DNA of 64,000 nucleotides from Tardiphaga sp. (GTDB lineage Bacteria > Pseudomonadota > Alphaproteobacteria > Rhizobiales > Xanthobacteraceae), in contig JASBVG010000064.1 of NCBI GenBank assembly GCA_030147505.1, positions 19,431 through 83,430 of the forward strand, written 5' to 3'. Under the pieces are notes generated by a model that was given only the letters and a program-made list of their open reading frames with translations, ran no database searches and was not told the origin of the DNA. Position 1 is the stretch's first letter, and each line of letters begins with the position of its first letter. A program made the position numbers and the translations under genes. Of the stretch, positions 39,554-50,134 are shown one piece after another.

Positions 39554-40612
39554 TTAGGCGTCCTCGGGCGCTTCTCTCGTTGTCTGGACGCGCTGCATAG
39601 GATGTACCGGAAGGCCATTGGCTGGTCCCTTCTGGTGTTCTCTGACCGGTACCCACCGCGTTTCGTTTGTTCCTCGTACACGTACGCGCCGCCAATGCGG
39701 CTTTACCGTGATCCGCTTACCAAAACGCCAGAGCCGCCGGTCGCCACCTGGTTCTGGGTTACCCAGTTCCTCGTTGCGCGGTCGTAATCGTACAATCCTG
39801 AACAGGGAAAAACGGTCTGCTACTTCGCGCGCCCGACCGGGAATTCGCCGCTCATGATTTGCAGCCATGTACGGCACGTCTTCTGCGATTGCTTGCGCAG
39901 GGTCCCGTGCATGCTCAAGCACGAGATATGCCAGCCGTTCGGCTTCATCTTGAAAACGCTCCTTGGTCCAGTCAGCTTGTTCAAGAAATTCATCGAATGT
40001 CGGCATCGCCGCTTCGACGGGAGACCCCCATTCTCGCCGGACATTGTCAACGAGGAACTGAGCGCGGTCATCAGTCCATAGCCCATGCCGCCAACCATAC
40101 TCTCTCCTGAGCGCCACAACGGCGCAGTAGGACAGGTTTTCTTCTGGTTGTTGACTCGGATCTAGTGTTTCCCTCTCTGCCACGGTCGGCTGAACGAAAA
40201 TCGCCCGTAGCTCTGCAGCCCTGCCAATTGGTATAACTCCGCTTGGCACGTCGATATAGGTGGCCCAACCGGGACCTACCATCTCCCGCGTGCGGCTCAC
40301 CGACGCAGGCGTGAGTTCGACCTCTTCCAAGAGTTCGGCGAGCTCGCTTGTGACCTGATAGGCACGAACAATCGACTCGCCTTCAGGGGACACAAAGAAA
40401 GGCGCAAACATAGACATGAAAGCGATCGGCAAAGGGACGCCTTCGTGACGTTCTTGAAATGAGAGACTGGCATCCAGAGCGTCCAAAGCAGCCTCGCGTG
40501 CAGCCAATCCATCGCTACGACAGCACTCATCCCTCAGTCGGCCGAGTTCTGTTAGCTGCTGAATGCGCCTGAAGCGCATTCCTTTGCACCATTCGTCTAA
40601 CCAAGTCTGCAT
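39554..40612 (-). CDS. Hypothetical protein with a basic C-terminal VxxHWR...W..V..H.KGP motif
   Basis: 352-aa ORF with an ATG start; the C-terminal motif recalls phage/MGE hypothetical proteins. Confidence 0.7.
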   Translation of the reverse strand: MQTWLDEWCKGMRFRRIQQLTELGRLRDECCRSDGLAAREAALDALDASLSFQERHEGVPLPIAFMSMFAPFFVSPEGESIVRAYQVTSELAELLEEVELTPASVSRTREMVGPGWATYIDVPSGVIPIGRAAELRAIFVQPTVAERETLDPSQQPEENLSYCAVVALRREYGWRHGLWTDDRAQFLVDNVRREWGSPVEAAMPTFDEFLEQADWTKERFQDEAERLAYLVLEHARDPAQAIAEDVPYMAANHERRIPGRAREVADRFSLFRIVRLRPRNEELGNPEPGGDRRLWRFGKRITVKPHWRRVRVRGTNETRWVPVREHQKGPANGLPVHPMQRVQTTREAPEDA

Positions 40613-41045
40613 TTAAATTCCCGCAATTTCTACAACATCATCTGGCGAGCGAAGGTTGCCAACGAGTTTCGCACGGACCGACGGATGAGAAGCTGGTAAA
40701 CACAACCTGACGCTTGCTGGCGAAAATTGTTGGAACGCCGTGCCGTCGGGCGCTGATGCCCTGTTCCGAGGTGACCGAACCGCGGAATCTACCCAGTCGT
40801 TAAGCTGCGCGATCTCGAAACGTTAACGAGGTCTCAAGGTGCTGCAATCGTCGAGTTCCGCGCAGATGCACGTTCTCTTGAACGAGGTGATGCCGGACGT
40901 TCGAGGCCCAGCATCGTGTCAAAAGCTCCCCCTTCAATCATCAATGAGCGAATTGTCTTAGGCTGGAACTTAGCTCGGCCCGCGGAATAAAGACGTGCGG
41001 AACAGCCTCGCCCGGCGATACCGAGCGAGGCGTGATGAGTGGCGC

Positions 41046-41366
41046 CTAGTCGGCGCTCTTGCGCGGCCGCGACCAGAGCAGCGTGTAACCTTCGCCGCCT
41101 TCGTCATCGAACAGGTTGGCGTAGATCGGCGAGTTGAACGAGGGGTCGTCGAGCTTGAGCGAGAGGTAGTCGCGACCTTCCTCGGAGCGCTTCGACCACG
41201 CTGCCCCAATCTCAGCTCGGCGCACGTACACGCGGTGGCTCGGAGCGTTATCGTTGGAGCGGTTGGGCTCGGCGACGATGCGAACGCCCTTGGCCTGCAA
41301 GCTCAGCGTGACGATCTCCCCCTGAAAATCGTTGCCGACCTTCTTGAACGAACCGATGGTAGCCAT
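41046..41366 (-). CDS. DUF736 domain protein
   Basis: MATIGSFKK...APSHRV...EIGAAWSK...YLSLKLDDPSF..PIYANL; AGGAG RBS. Confidence 0.92.
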   Translation of the reverse strand: MATIGSFKKVGNDFQGEIVTLSLQAKGVRIVAEPNRSNDNAPSHRVYVRRAEIGAAWSKRSEEGRDYLSLKLDDPSFNSPIYANLFDDEGGEGYTLLWSRPRKSAD

Positions 41367-42136
41367 ATCAAGTCTCCTTGCGTTGTTTCGGACCGCGACC
41401 ACCGCGGCCTCGATGGCGATGACCAGGCCGAATGACGAGCGGCGACGCACCCGCTTGCGGGCCGAAGCATCGCGGAGGACGCCATGGCTGAGACTTTCTT
41501 GTCCCGCGAGGAATGGGCTTGCCCAGGGGAAGAAAGTCGCAAGACTGGCGTTGCGTCTCAGACGATCGAGGCGCAGCCGGTCTTCGGCCAGATCAAGCCA
41601 TCAAAGAGGCAAGCTGTTCGCGCGCTGAACAACATTAAGGGAGACGCGGCTGCTATCGATCGTACGATACAAGAGGTCGGCGTTTTCAGGGTGGGGAAAG
41701 AGAGACGCACATGCAGAAGGGACGAATCACTTGCCGACATAAGCGCACCTGCAAGCAGGCTCCGCTCCAGCACATAGCGCGCCGACGCGTTGGGCATGAT
41801 GGTTACGAAGTGCTGCGAGGAAGGTCTGGCTATCGGATCGACCGGACGTCACTGCGCGTAACAACCGAAGCAACAATCGATGCGGATGAAGGCTAATCGC
41901 TGCACTGGTCGCGGCTGCGAGCGCAATCGACGATTCATTGAAGGCCGCTCTGGTCTCGACGGGCGCAATCTGCGGACACAGCAATCGGCAATCCCGCTGT
42001 GGCGTCAATGCGAGATCGTCTGGATGCAGGCGGAAGTCTCGTGTGGGGCGATAGTCGGCATAGTTAGAACGCACGCTAGTTTCTTGGAGCGTCGTTGCAG
42101 TTGCCACGGCATAAGGCGCTAGGCTCGATAGCGGCG

Positions 42137-43072
42137 CTATGCGCCGCCGTCGCCAAATTTCCAGACCGGGATTCCCATCCGCCTCGCCTTGTCGGCGAGA
42201 TTGTCCTGGATTCCGGTTCCCGGGAATACGATGACGCCGATCGGCATCATCGTCAGCATGAGATCGTTGCGCTTGAAGGGTGCGGACTTGGCGTGCTTCG
42301 ACCAATCCGGCTTGAATGCGACTTGCGGAACCTTACGGTTCGTCGCCCATTTGGCAGCGATCAGCTCGGCGCCCTTTGGTGAGCCTCCATGCAGCAGGAC
42401 CATGTTGTTGTGCTTGGCGTGAACCTTGTCGAGGCGATCCCAGATCAGATGATGGTCATCGAAGTCGAGGCCTCCGGTCAGTGCGACCTTGGGCCCGACC
42501 GGAACGAGCACCTCAGTCTCGGCACGACGCTTTGCGGCAAGAAAGTCTCGGGAGTCGATCACCGCCGAGGTGACCGAGCGATGGTCGACAAGCGATCCGG
42601 ATCGCGGGCGCCACAGCGAACCGGTGTGGGTTTCGAATTGTGCGATGGCTTGCTCGCGGAAGAGTTCCATGCAGTTGCGGCGTTCGATCAACGAAAGCCC
42701 TTCGTTGATGAGCCGCTCGAGTTCGACCGACCTCACCTCAGAGCCGTCCTGCTCGTGTTGGCTGCTGCGTTGAGCTTGCTCATTGCCGTCGAGCTGGCGC
42801 TCGATCCGGCCTGTGGCTCGATGGAACAGATTGACCGTCGACCAGAGCAGGTCTTCCAGGTCCGGCTCCATGCGGCTGTCGCTCAGGGTTGCCGCGAAGG
42901 CATCGAAGATGTCGGCAACCGCCACGGCGATCGTCTTCGATTCGGGAAGCGGCCGCGGATCGGGTTCGTCGCTGAAGGGCCGGTAGCCGTAGAGTTGCAG
43001 TTCGGTCAGGACGTGGTGAAGCTGGGATGAGCCATGCGGCGGTTCGAATTCGGTGTCGTCACGATCGGTCAT
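42137..43072 (-). CDS. DUF2493 (SLOG/YspA-related) domain protein of ICE backbones
   Basis: ELQLYGYRP...DPRPLP; VALTGG, LLHGGSPKGAE, APFKRND and FPGTGI motifs. Confidence 0.88.
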   Translation of the reverse strand: MTDRDDTEFEPPHGSSQLHHVLTELQLYGYRPFSDEPDPRPLPESKTIAVAVADIFDAFAATLSDSRMEPDLEDLLWSTVNLFHRATGRIERQLDGNEQAQRSSQHEQDGSEVRSVELERLINEGLSLIERRNCMELFREQAIAQFETHTGSLWRPRSGSLVDHRSVTSAVIDSRDFLAAKRRAETEVLVPVGPKVALTGGLDFDDHHLIWDRLDKVHAKHNNMVLLHGGSPKGAELIAAKWATNRKVPQVAFKPDWSKHAKSAPFKRNDLMLTMMPIGVIVFPGTGIQDNLADKARRMGIPVWKFGDGGA

Positions 43073-43416
43073 GGGACGAGGTCCTCCGTGGATCGGCCGC
43101 GACCATCGCGGCCTTCGTGGCGATCACTCAGGCGGCGGGCGGGCCGGACCAGAACCCGAAGCAACGGCGGAGGGCCGAAGCGACAGCGGAGGATGGCAGG
43201 GCGCGGCTATTTTGCTTCGCGATGCAAAGGCGGGATGGACTGATCGATGTTGATTTACGCGGTGACCACCGCCGGCGGAAAATAGCCGCGACATGCCATT
43301 GCCGGTCCGGCCCGCCTGCCGTCCGATCGCCCTCTAGAAGGCCGGGGCGCGGCCCTCTCCGACGAGGTGGCCTCGCCTTGATCGGGCTGTCGACTTCGAT
43401 CACGAAGAGCAGGCGC

Positions 43417-44463
43417 TCATGCCGTTGTCGCGACCGCTGACGGCATGAAGCGGACGACATCCGCAGGCGCAAGCTGAATGCGCAAGGCTGCTCGCAGCTC
43501 ATCAACGCCAAAGGTGCGCAGATCCTCGTTGAAATCGTCAAGCCGAGGCGATAGTGGAATCGCCTCGATGCCGGCTGCTTCTGCCCGCCGCGCCAGAGCG
43601 GTTGCGACCGTCCGTCCGGCAGCATCAGCGTCATGGGCGATGTAAAGCCGGCGCAGGTTCGGTGGAAGCAACATGGCCGCGAGATGATTGGCCGATAGCG
43701 CTGATGCCATTGGCAGGGTCGGCAGGACACAACGCACGGAGAGCATGGTCTCGATGCCCTCACCGGCGGCGAGGACATCATGTGCCCGTCCAAATCGGAC
43801 TGCGTTGCCGAGCAGAAGGCCCATCGCCCGCCGCGGCGTGTCGATCGACGCCTTGCTGCGACCGGAGGGGTCGACCCAGGTGCGGTGAACACCGGTAATG
43901 GCACCATCAAGGGTGGAGACAGCGGCGATCAGGGCCGGCCAGGTTTCCATTGGCAAATGTTGATCCGGCCTGTAGTAGCAGCGCGGATGGAAGCGAAGGC
44001 TCGTGAGCTCATGCAAGGCCGAAATGCCGCGCGTCCGGATGTATGTTTCGGCAAGCGTGCCATGAATGGGCTCTGACATGGCAAACAGGCGCCGAGCCGA
44101 TTCCGGCGAGCCCATGGGAACGGGTGGGAACTGCGATTTAGATTCCATCTCGGTCTGCGGTAGACTGAGAAAACGCCGCGCCTCGGCCAAGACATCGCGA
44201 AATTCGACAAGGCCGCAGCTTTCCCTGATAATATCGAGCAGATCGCCGTGTTCACCGGTCGCGGCATCGGTCCACTTGCCGGCCGCTCCCTTACCCCCAT
44301 GAGGTGGGCGCAGCCGAACGAACATGGATCGACCAGATACGTTGCGAACGTCGCCGACAATCCAATAGCGGCCGACCCGCCGTCCATTGGACAGATAGCG
44401 GCGGCAGACGAGTTCGGCCCGCTCGGCAAGGCGGCGGGCGAGATCGGATACTTGGGCTGACAT
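43417..44463 (-). CDS. Toprim domain primase-like protein
   Basis: KWTDAATGEHGDLLD, LRFHP, GVHRTW, AGEGIET, IAHDADAAG, DDFNEDL; likely start MSAQV. Confidence 0.88.
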   Translation of the reverse strand: MSAQVSDLARRLAERAELVCRRYLSNGRRVGRYWIVGDVRNVSGRSMFVRLRPPHGGKGAAGKWTDAATGEHGDLLDIIRESCGLVEFRDVLAEARRFLSLPQTEMESKSQFPPVPMGSPESARRLFAMSEPIHGTLAETYIRTRGISALHELTSLRFHPRCYYRPDQHLPMETWPALIAAVSTLDGAITGVHRTWVDPSGRSKASIDTPRRAMGLLLGNAVRFGRAHDVLAAGEGIETMLSVRCVLPTLPMASALSANHLAAMLLPPNLRRLYIAHDADAAGRTVATALARRAEAAGIEAIPLSPRLDDFNEDLRTFGVDELRAALRIQLAPADVVRFMPSAVATTA

Positions 44464-44476
44464 GACCATTCCCACC

Positions 44477-44509
44477 AAAAAGAAGGCCCGCCAGTGACGG
44501 CGGGCCTTC
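44477..44509 (-). terminator. Hairpin with a T-run after the parB-like gene
   Basis: GAAGGCCCGCC-loop-GGCGGGCCTTC followed by TTTTT on the minus strand. Confidence 0.6.
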
Positions 44510-44530
44510 GAGATCGACGCTTCTGCTTGC

Positions 44531-46651
44531 TTACACGGCCGCGATAAGCGGCTCGTCGGCGGGAATTGCGTCATCCTCGAGCGGATGCTCTGCATCTGGC
44601 GTGGCCGCTTCGCATTCGCTCACTGGCGCGTCCTCCCCCGAAGCGGACGGCGAGATTGGGCAAGATTCAGCCGGTGACGCTGCGCCGAGGGATCGCCCGG
44701 GCGTGCGCAGCGGCTCCGGAAGCCAGCCTGAGCCGGCGAGGAGTTCTTGCGCCCTCTCAGCCATCTCGCCCTTCTTCAGGTGCTCGATGCGCTGGGAGTC
44801 GGTGTCGCCCTTGGCCTCGCGGACCGCTTGCAGGATGCGCGCCTTGGTCACCCGCCCGAAATAGTTGTCGACGGTCGGTGACCAGCCGGCGGCAGCAACA
44901 TCGAGCCCGATTGCCTCGGCGAGGCAGTCGGCGTGAGCCAGTGCACGCGGCCTCCGATTCCAAGGCTCGTACACCGCATTCACGCTCAGCGCGATGCAGT
45001 GAGCGAACAGGGCATCGCGGCTGTCCGGATCGAAGGTGGAGAGCGCATCCCAGAGCTCGGCTGATTCACGCGGCAACCGCTCCGACCAGTGCTGGTGCCT
45101 CTCGTCGACGGCCTTGGCGATTGCGGTATCGCCGAGGCCCGGCGCCTGACTGCCGAAGACGACGCTCTTCGCGTCGATGTCGAGGCATGACTCGGGCGTG
45201 TAGCGGTAAAAGAGCTTCAGGCAGAGCGCGTGCAGCGCAGCCAGGAACGCCACATCCGGCTCCTGAGCCATCGCATCGCGCAAGGCCAGGGTGCGATACG
45301 CTGTGAGCTCGGTCATCAGCCGGTCAGGGATCGGCTTGATGCCCTCCTCCTGATCGGGCTCCTCGGTATTCGCCGAGGAGCCTGTCGGCCCCGCGGCCGC
45401 ATCTCCTGAAACGGAGGTTGTCGCTGTAGCACTCGGCTCGGCGTCAGCCTCTCCCTCCGGCTGCGGAATTGCCGGCTCATTTTCGGGGCGGACATAGCCG
45501 CGCTCGATCCGCAGCGCACCCGACGCGTCGATGCTGACGAAGGCACCCGCGCGCGCGATTTCGTCAGGATCGTACTGGACCGGCCGCTGATCGAGTTCAG
45601 CAAGGGCCGTCTCGATCTCGCCAAGGCGCTGATCGATCGCCTCGGGAAGGACGTCGGCGTCGGAATGCTCCTGCTCGAGACGTTCATACTCGGCGCGCAG
45701 GGCTTCAGCCGCAGCGACGTCCTCCTCGGTCATCGCAACGGACTCGCCCGAGATACGGCGCAGACCGTAGGTGTGGCCGTATGGAAAATCGACCGCAACC
45801 TTCACCCATTTCCAGCCTTCCGAGCGGATGTTGCTCGCCTCGCGTTCTAGCTTCTCGACGACGAGCCGATCGAGCAGCATCGGCTCTTGCAGCCAACCGC
45901 CGTCATCCTGCTGAAAAAGATCACGGATGATGTCGCCGCCGGCGGCCTCATAAGCCTCGATTCCGACGAATTGGGCCCGCTTGTCGGAGGCGCGCACGGC
46001 GCCTTCCGTGAGCAGACGCCGGATGTAATACGGTTCTTTGTTGTGCGCGCGCTGCACTGCCTGCCATACCTGCTGCTGGCGCTCGTGGTCCGGATTGACC
46101 GCAAACGCCATCAACTGGTCGAGGCTCATGCCGTCTTCGGCATAGACGTCGAGCAGCGCTGGCGAGACGGCAGCGAGCCGGAGCCGTTGCTTGACGACCT
46201 GGACGCTGACAAAGAAGGCAGCAGCGATCTCGTCCTCGCTCATGCCCTTCTCACTCATGTCGCGGAACGCGCGGAACTGATCGAGCGGGTGAAGCGGCGC
46301 TCGCTGGACATTCTCGGCCAGCGAATCCTCCTCCGCGAGCCCGTCGGTTCGGATGACGCAGGGAACCAGCGCGTTGCGCGCGAGCCGCTTCTGCTTGACC
46401 AGCAGTTCGAGCGCGCGATAGCGCCGTCCGCCGGCGGGGATTTCGAACATGCCAGTTTCGGCGCCGCCCTCGTCGAGAACCGGCCGGACGGTGAGGCTCT
46501 GAAGCAGGGTGCGCCGCGCGATGTCCTGCGCGAGCTCCTCGATCGAGATGCCCGCCTTGACACGGCGGACATTGGACTGGCTGAGCACCAGCCGGTTGAA
46601 AGGAATATCGCGAGACTGGCTCAGGACGATCTTCCGAACAGCTTTTCCCAT
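44531..46651 (-). CDS. ParB/RepB/Spo0J family protein (ICE type)
   Basis: IPFNRLVLSQSNVRR, LLQSLTVR, AGGRRYRAL, SLAENVQRAPLHPLDQFRAF, HTH, WLPEPLRT; GGAG RBS before ATG 46651. Confidence 0.92.
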   Translation of the reverse strand: MGKAVRKIVLSQSRDIPFNRLVLSQSNVRRVKAGISIEELAQDIARRTLLQSLTVRPVLDEGGAETGMFEIPAGGRRYRALELLVKQKRLARNALVPCVIRTDGLAEEDSLAENVQRAPLHPLDQFRAFRDMSEKGMSEDEIAAAFFVSVQVVKQRLRLAAVSPALLDVYAEDGMSLDQLMAFAVNPDHERQQQVWQAVQRAHNKEPYYIRRLLTEGAVRASDKRAQFVGIEAYEAAGGDIIRDLFQQDDGGWLQEPMLLDRLVVEKLEREASNIRSEGWKWVKVAVDFPYGHTYGLRRISGESVAMTEEDVAAAEALRAEYERLEQEHSDADVLPEAIDQRLGEIETALAELDQRPVQYDPDEIARAGAFVSIDASGALRIERGYVRPENEPAIPQPEGEADAEPSATATTSVSGDAAAGPTGSSANTEEPDQEEGIKPIPDRLMTELTAYRTLALRDAMAQEPDVAFLAALHALCLKLFYRYTPESCLDIDAKSVVFGSQAPGLGDTAIAKAVDERHQHWSERLPRESAELWDALSTFDPDSRDALFAHCIALSVNAVYEPWNRRPRALAHADCLAEAIGLDVAAAGWSPTVDNYFGRVTKARILQAVREAKGDTDSQRIEHLKKGEMAERAQELLAGSGWLPEPLRTPGRSLGAASPAESCPISPSASGEDAPVSECEAATPDAEHPLEDDAIPADEPLIAAV

Positions 46652-46808
46652 TGTAGTTTCTCCGCGACCGGCGGTCGAGAACCTCTCTCGACCTTCTGAC
46701 CCGTCACGAAGCGAAGCGCCGCCCTCTAACTCTGAAGGGCGGCGCCAGCCGGAGAAACCGAGAGCTGAGGCTCGACACGCGCGCAGCACCGGGCCGACGC
46801 GATCGACC

Positions 46809-48005
46809 TCAGTTCACCCGATCGAGCAACTTCTTGGCCTTCGCCTCGAGATCCAACCGGGCGTCCTGGTGCGGCTTGTCGCGCGCCACGGCGGTAATGC
46901 CTTGGACGAAGTCGAAGATGCTCTCAGGCTTGCGGCCCTCTTCGTCGAGCACCATCTCGATGATTTTCCCGGTCTCCGACTTGCCGAATCCACGCTTGCG
47001 CAGAAACTCGGTGCGCTCCTCATCCGTGCGCGCAACAATCCGCTCCCGCGCCGCCTTGATGCCATTGACGAAGGGCGTCGGCGAGGAGTTGGCGAAGCGC
47101 GTGAGCGCGGGCGCCGCCTCGTGGGCGAACCGAGACGCGGCATATTTTGAGTGACGGATCGTGATCTCCTCGAAATCTTCCACACCCCAGAGATTGCGGT
47201 TCTGGCAGACGGCGCGGAGATAGAAGCTCGCGATGCCCAGCGCCTTGGCACCGACCTCGGAGTTCCAGCAATAGAAGCCACGGAAGTAGAGGTCGGGCGA
47301 GCCGTCAGGCAGCTGGCCCGCCTCGATTGGGTTGAGGTCGTCGACCAGGAACAGGAAGACGTCACGATCTGATGCGTACAATGTCGTGGTACTTTTCGTG
47401 ACATCGACCCGCGGGTTGTAGATTCCGGTCGACCAGTCGAGCACGCCCGGCACCTTCCAGCGGGTGTCGCCGGTGCCATTACCGGCGATGCGCTGCACGG
47501 CGGCGACCAGTTCCTGGTCGAAAATGCGCCCATAGTCGGGGCTGGTCACCGCGCGAAGTTCAGCACGTCCGTCCCGGACCTCGAGCGTCTTGATCAGTTC
47601 CGCACGATTGGAGGTCAGTCCGTACTGTAAATTGATGGCGGCGAGTGGCGCTGGAAGCTGCCGCAAATAGGCGGACGGCGCGCCCACCATTGTTGCAAGC
47701 TGACCAAAACTCCAGTGGGTCGGCGCAAGAGGCGCATCCTCGCTTGGCAGCATCAGCGTCAGCCGCTCGGCATCGTCACGATTCGCCTCCACCCTGATCG
47801 CCGAACTTTCGACGGTCCGAGTGCGGCTCCGCTCGGCGCGGCCGCGCACGGCAGCGTGGAGTTCGGACAGCGACAGGTAGCGCTCGTCCGCCGGCCGGGA
47901 AAACCACTCCGAAGCGACGCGGCCGACGCGCTGGCCGCGGCTCACATCCACTCTATAACCAGCACGCTCATCGCGAGCGGCGTTCAGAACATTCGTTTGG
48001 GTCAT
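46809..48005 (-). CDS. DUF932 domain protein
   Basis: WFSRPADERYLSL, PTHWSFGQL, YASDRDVFLFLVDD, RGFYCWNSEVG, VCQNR. Confidence 0.9.
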   Translation of the reverse strand: MTQTNVLNAARDERAGYRVDVSRGQRVGRVASEWFSRPADERYLSLSELHAAVRGRAERSRTRTVESSAIRVEANRDDAERLTLMLPSEDAPLAPTHWSFGQLATMVGAPSAYLRQLPAPLAAINLQYGLTSNRAELIKTLEVRDGRAELRAVTSPDYGRIFDQELVAAVQRIAGNGTGDTRWKVPGVLDWSTGIYNPRVDVTKSTTTLYASDRDVFLFLVDDLNPIEAGQLPDGSPDLYFRGFYCWNSEVGAKALGIASFYLRAVCQNRNLWGVEDFEEITIRHSKYAASRFAHEAAPALTRFANSSPTPFVNGIKAARERIVARTDEERTEFLRKRGFGKSETGKIIEMVLDEEGRKPESIFDFVQGITAVARDKPHQDARLDLEAKAKKLLDRVN

Positions 48006-48320
48006 GGGCTATCTCCATGACGGGTGCCGCGAGGACTCTCCTCTCGGCTTTCAACCCGTCACGGAATTTCAGCCAAACTCTCACTCTGCTCAGATTCGAA
48101 TAGCCTCGAGATAGGCACGATCATGCTTTGAACAGCCGCGATGAGCACTCCTCCTCATGGCCGACGGCATTCTTGCAGATTCACGATCTCCAGCAAGATT
48201 TTCGACACCACGCAGCAAAGCGCTGTGTCGCGCGGCTAGATCAGAGCTTTCGACTGGCGAGAGCCGGAAAGCAATGGCCACCTCCATCGCAAGGCCGCGT
48301 CTGGCTTAGGTCTTGACGGG

Positions 48321-49548
48321 CGCATGGTGTACATCGGCGTTGGCGGCGCAATCGAAGGCAAGGTCAATCCCGTGCTGACCGCTTCCGAGGGCCAGGTGAT
48401 CCAGCTCAGGCTCCTCAACGGCGAGGGCGCGGAGCACGATCTCGTCTTTCTCGACCAGAACACCAGGTCGCCCCGCGTCACCGGCAGGGGCGCGAGCACG
48501 ACGATCGCGTTTAGAGCAACCAAATCCGGCGACTTCATCTACTACTGCACCGTCCCGGGAAATCGCCTGGCGGTCATGGAGGGCCAGTTCATCGTGACGC
48601 AGAGACCGTCGCCGCAAACCGTCGTCGAGGCCGACATCTCGCGCGAGCCGAGCGATCTGCCTCCTCCGATCGGCAGCGCGGCCCGCAGACAGTTCGCGTC
48701 GATCTCTTGAGCGTCGATGTCGAAGGGCAGGCCCGCCGAAGGCACGACCTTCGGCTACTGGACCTTCACCGGGAACGTGCCGGGTCCGTTCATTCGCGTC
48801 CGCGTGGGCGACACCGTCGACATCCACCTGAAGAATTCGGCCGCCAGCGCCATGATCCATTCCGTCGACTTCCATGCAGCGACGGGGCCGGGCGGCGGCG
48901 CGGCCGCGCTGCAGGTCGACCCGGGCGGCGAGAAATCGATGACCTGGAAGGCGCTGGTGCCTGGCCTCTACGTCTTTGACCGCGCCACGCCCATGGTCGC
49001 CGAGCACATCGCCAACGGCATGTACGGCCTCATTCTCGTCGAGCCGGAAGGCGGGCTTCCTCCTGTCGACCATGAGTTCTACGTTAAGCAGGGCGAGATC
49101 TATTCCGACATTGCCTTCGGCCAGCACGGCAGCGCCGAATTCAGTGTCGACAAATTGCTGAACGAGCGGCCCGAATATTTCGTGTTCAACGGCTCTGTCG
49201 GAGCGCTCACCAAGCTGCATCCCCTTGAGGCCAAGGTCGGCGATACCGTAAGGATCTTCTTCGGCGTCGGCGGCCCCAACTACACTTCATCCTTCCATGT
49301 CATCGGCGAGATCTTCGACAACCTCGGCGGCGTGACCACGGCTCGTTTCGAAGGCATCCAGACGGTCACGGTGCCAGCCGGCGGCGCAGCCATCACCGAG
49401 TTCGAGCCGGACGTGCCTGGAAATTACACGTTGGACGATCACGCACTCGCCCGCATGGAGCGGGGTCTGCTTGGGGTGCTTCACGTAGAAGGACCCACGA
49501 ACCCCGGACGTCTACAAAGGCGAGATTATGTCGGGAATGGGGCATTGA
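48321..49548 (+). pseudogene. nirK: Copper nitrite reductase with an N-terminal cupredoxin domain, frameshifted
   Basis: WTFTGNVPGPFIRVRVGD, HSVDFHAATGPGGG, HIANGMYG, SSFHVIGEIFD; frameshifts near 48675, 48730 and 49505; YHC Cu ligands replaced by FDR; true end NPDVYKGEIMSGMGH* at 49548. Confidence 0.85.
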
Positions 49549-49629
49549 GGCCGCAGGCTTCGCAACAAAAACAGAGAAAGAGCACCACGAGCGCAATTGG
49601 CTTCCTTCGCTCAGACCGATACGCCCAGG

Positions 49630-49798
49630 CCGGCTTTGCCTCATTTGCGAACCGGTCTCGCATTGGCGGGCCTTGCGCAGCAGGGGCTCGCGCTCGATCC
49701 TTGCGGAAGTTCATTGGCCTATTCTCTCAACCGAATGGTTTCCTCGCCGAGACTTTCTTCCAACGATTGTGTCTGATGAAACGACGCCCCTTTGGCAT
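49630..49798 (-). pseudogene. Decayed small hypothetical gene
   Basis: Fragments MPKGRRF / HQTQSLEESLGEETIRLRE* / LLRKARQCETGSQM recall a common small rhizobial protein family; frameshift and stop present. Confidence 0.4.
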
Positions 49799-50134
49799 GG
49801 CGCTGCTCCCTGTTCGAGTAGGCGGGGTGCGCAACTGGCGTTCGCGTCACCACATATGCCGCGACCGCTCGGTGGCAGTTGCAGTGTAGTTCCAAACCTT
49901 GCAGCGCAAGTCCTCTATTTTCTCTGTCAGGTCGAACGATTCGGAAATGACTTAAGGAGCCGGTGGCGGTCGATGCTGCCGGCGCCGATTTGCAGTTTGT
50001 GCTTTGCGTCCCGGCAGGGCTGAGTGGATACTTGTCCGTGGCCAAGAGCGTGGGTCGCAATCCTGTCCAGTCCCCGCCACTTCGGCAAAGCGTTGCGACG
50101 TTGCGGGGCATACGACCGTTTAGAGCGCTGGATC

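Noticed and set aside
40613-42136. Short ORFs in the gaps around DUF736
   Set aside because: No RBS, motif or coding bias that I could support.
48717-49889. 390-aa ORF as an intact nitrite reductase with a novel C-terminal extension
   Set aside because: The extension comes from a frameshift near 49505; the true end is in another frame at 49548.
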